A stretch of DNA of 30,128 nucleotides from the IMG/VR virus record IMGVR_UViG_3300032143_000010, positions 1 through 30,128 of that record; one strand, written 5' to 3'. Positions 29,101 to 30,128 of the stretch are shown here, in pieces (position 1 is the first letter of the stretch; every line of letters starts with the position of its first letter). The notes below the pieces were generated by a model, which saw only the letters and a list, made by a program, of their open reading frames with translations, had not been told where the DNA came from and ran no database searches. Origin of the DNA: a virus. Its lineage: Duplodnaviria > Caudoviricetes. The translations under genes and the position numbers were made by a program.

Positions 29101-30128
29101 CTAAGGGCCGATGTGGAGGTTTACCACGTTCAAAGTGCCGATGGTCGTCACCGTGCCCGATGCCACGGGTGCGTTCGTGCTGCCGTCATCGTAGGCGCCG
29201 ATGTCCCACGTCCCGGCGCGTGTGTTGCCGGCAAAGTCGGTGGTGAAGATCGCGCTTAGATCGGCCCCTGCGTCAATCGCGTAGCCACCGGATTTGAGTG
29301 TGAAATCACGGTTCGCCGCGTCGGCAAAGGTGGTGCTCGCGCCATTCACCTGCCCCGGTGTGCCGCTGGGCACGCCCGCGCCGGTGTTCGCGTAGTAAGC
29401 GTTGTTCCCCTCGCCAGTCGTGACATGATCCGCCGAGAAATAACACGCTTCCCAGATGTTGTTGGTCAGGGTGCAGTTCGCTGTGTTCGTGCCGAAGATG
29501 CGCACCTGGGCCAGCAAGGTCGCACCCGAGATTCCGTAGAAGGTGTTGTTCGCAATCCAGATGTTGGTGCAGGGGATATTGGCCGAAAGATTGTTGATGA
29601 CTCCAGGTGAACTGACACTGAACACCGTCGCGTTTGTGCAGTGAAAGATGTTGTTGTAAATCTGGTAGTCATTGTGTGTCACGCCCACCCCGTCCATCAG
29701 TGCGATGTATCCGGTGCCGAGGATGTTCCGAAAGATGTTATTGCGGAAGATGCACCAGCGGCTGGGCAGATTGTAGGACATCTGAATCCCCTGTCCATGC
29801 CACCCAACGCCGCTGGACCCACCCGTTTCACTGATGACGTTGCTCTCAAACAGCAACCCGTAATCGCTGTAACTGGTACCCACCAGACCACCCAGCGTCA
29901 GGCCGTTCTTATCCACACCATGAATCCAACAAGAGGCAATGTGCAACCCCTTCTGCGGACTGGAAGGGTTGCTGTTGTAAATTCCGTCGCCGCCCTTCAC
30001 CTGTGTTTTGACGCCCGTGCCGCAAATTTCGAGATGGTAGAAGTGATACGGGCCGCCGCCATTTCCAGTGCCAATGGTGTTCGGCGGTTCGTTCACCCCA
30101 TCGTTGAATGTGTTGTAAATCTTGATGC
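29101..30128 (-). CDS. Right-handed parallel beta-helix protein (tailspike/depolymerase-like), 5' end off window
   Basis: Frame stays open to the window edge (IKIYNTFNDGVNEPP). Asn-ladder repeats FESNVI, IFRNNIF, IYNNIF, IANNTF, LTNNIW. C-terminal DFTLKSGGYAIDAG...DFAGNTR...WDIGAYD. Confidence 0.8.
   Translation of the reverse strand, partial: IKIYNTFNDGVNEPPNTIGTGNGGGPYHFYHLEICGTGVKTQVKGGDGIYNSNPSSPQKGLHIASCWIHGVDKNGLTLGGLVGTSYSDYGLLFESNVISETGGSSGVGWHGQGIQMSYNLPSRWCIFRNNIFRNILGTGYIALMDGVGVTHNDYQIYNNIFHCTNATVFSVSSPGVINNLSANIPCTNIWIANNTFYGISGATLLAQVRIFGTNTANCTLTNNIWEACYFSADHVTTGEGNNAYYANTGAGVPSGTPGQVNGASTTFADAANRDFTLKSGGYAIDAGADLSAIFTTDFAGNTRAGTWDIGAYDDGSTNAPVASGTVTTIGTLNVVNLHIGP

Noticed and set aside
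1-30128. CRISPR array, tRNA/rRNA, integrase, transposase, reverse transcriptase or DGR repeats
   Set aside because: None seen by eye. There are no regularly spaced repeats, no intergenic space large enough for structured RNA genes beyond the hairpins listed, and no such protein motifs. tRNAscan, Infernal and a self dot-plot would confirm this.

Overview
This window is the virion-morphogenesis and lysis region of a tailed dsDNA phage or prophage with podovirus-like (P22/T7-type) gene order, most likely infecting a diderm host. Almost all genes are on the minus strand. From right to left they are: a beta-helix tailspike-like gene (partial); a holin/spanin-like cluster containing an outer-membrane beta-barrel gene; an HTH gene; the terminase large subunit, uniquely on the + strand; portal; scaffold; large major capsid; head-tail adaptor; and an Ig+VWA protein. 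Next comes an 8.6 kb inserted block with its own promoter (DHH phosphoesterase, GT4, GroES-like, DUF5672/GT fusion, radical SAM-SPASM, sugar O-methyltransferase, GT8, NDP-sugar C-methyltransferase). The window ends with tail collar, nozzle, a VWA-DUF11-Fn3 protein, GNAT and ejection proteins. Main observations: (1) a methylated-glycan biosynthesis cassette lies between head and tail genes, a candidate virion-glycosylation system; (2) the tail nozzle gene appears split by a VWA adhesin cassette, with the halves in frame across one TAA; (3) a recurrent promoter-like motif TGTTGnnn-N17-TAAA(GC/AG)-N6-ATG suggests leaderless late transcripts; (4) a 56-nt hairpin fills the scaffold-capsid gap; (5) the GroES homolog lacks the roof loop and sits beside a ~580-aa capsid protein. 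All functional calls come from motif recognition and synteny only; no database searches were run.
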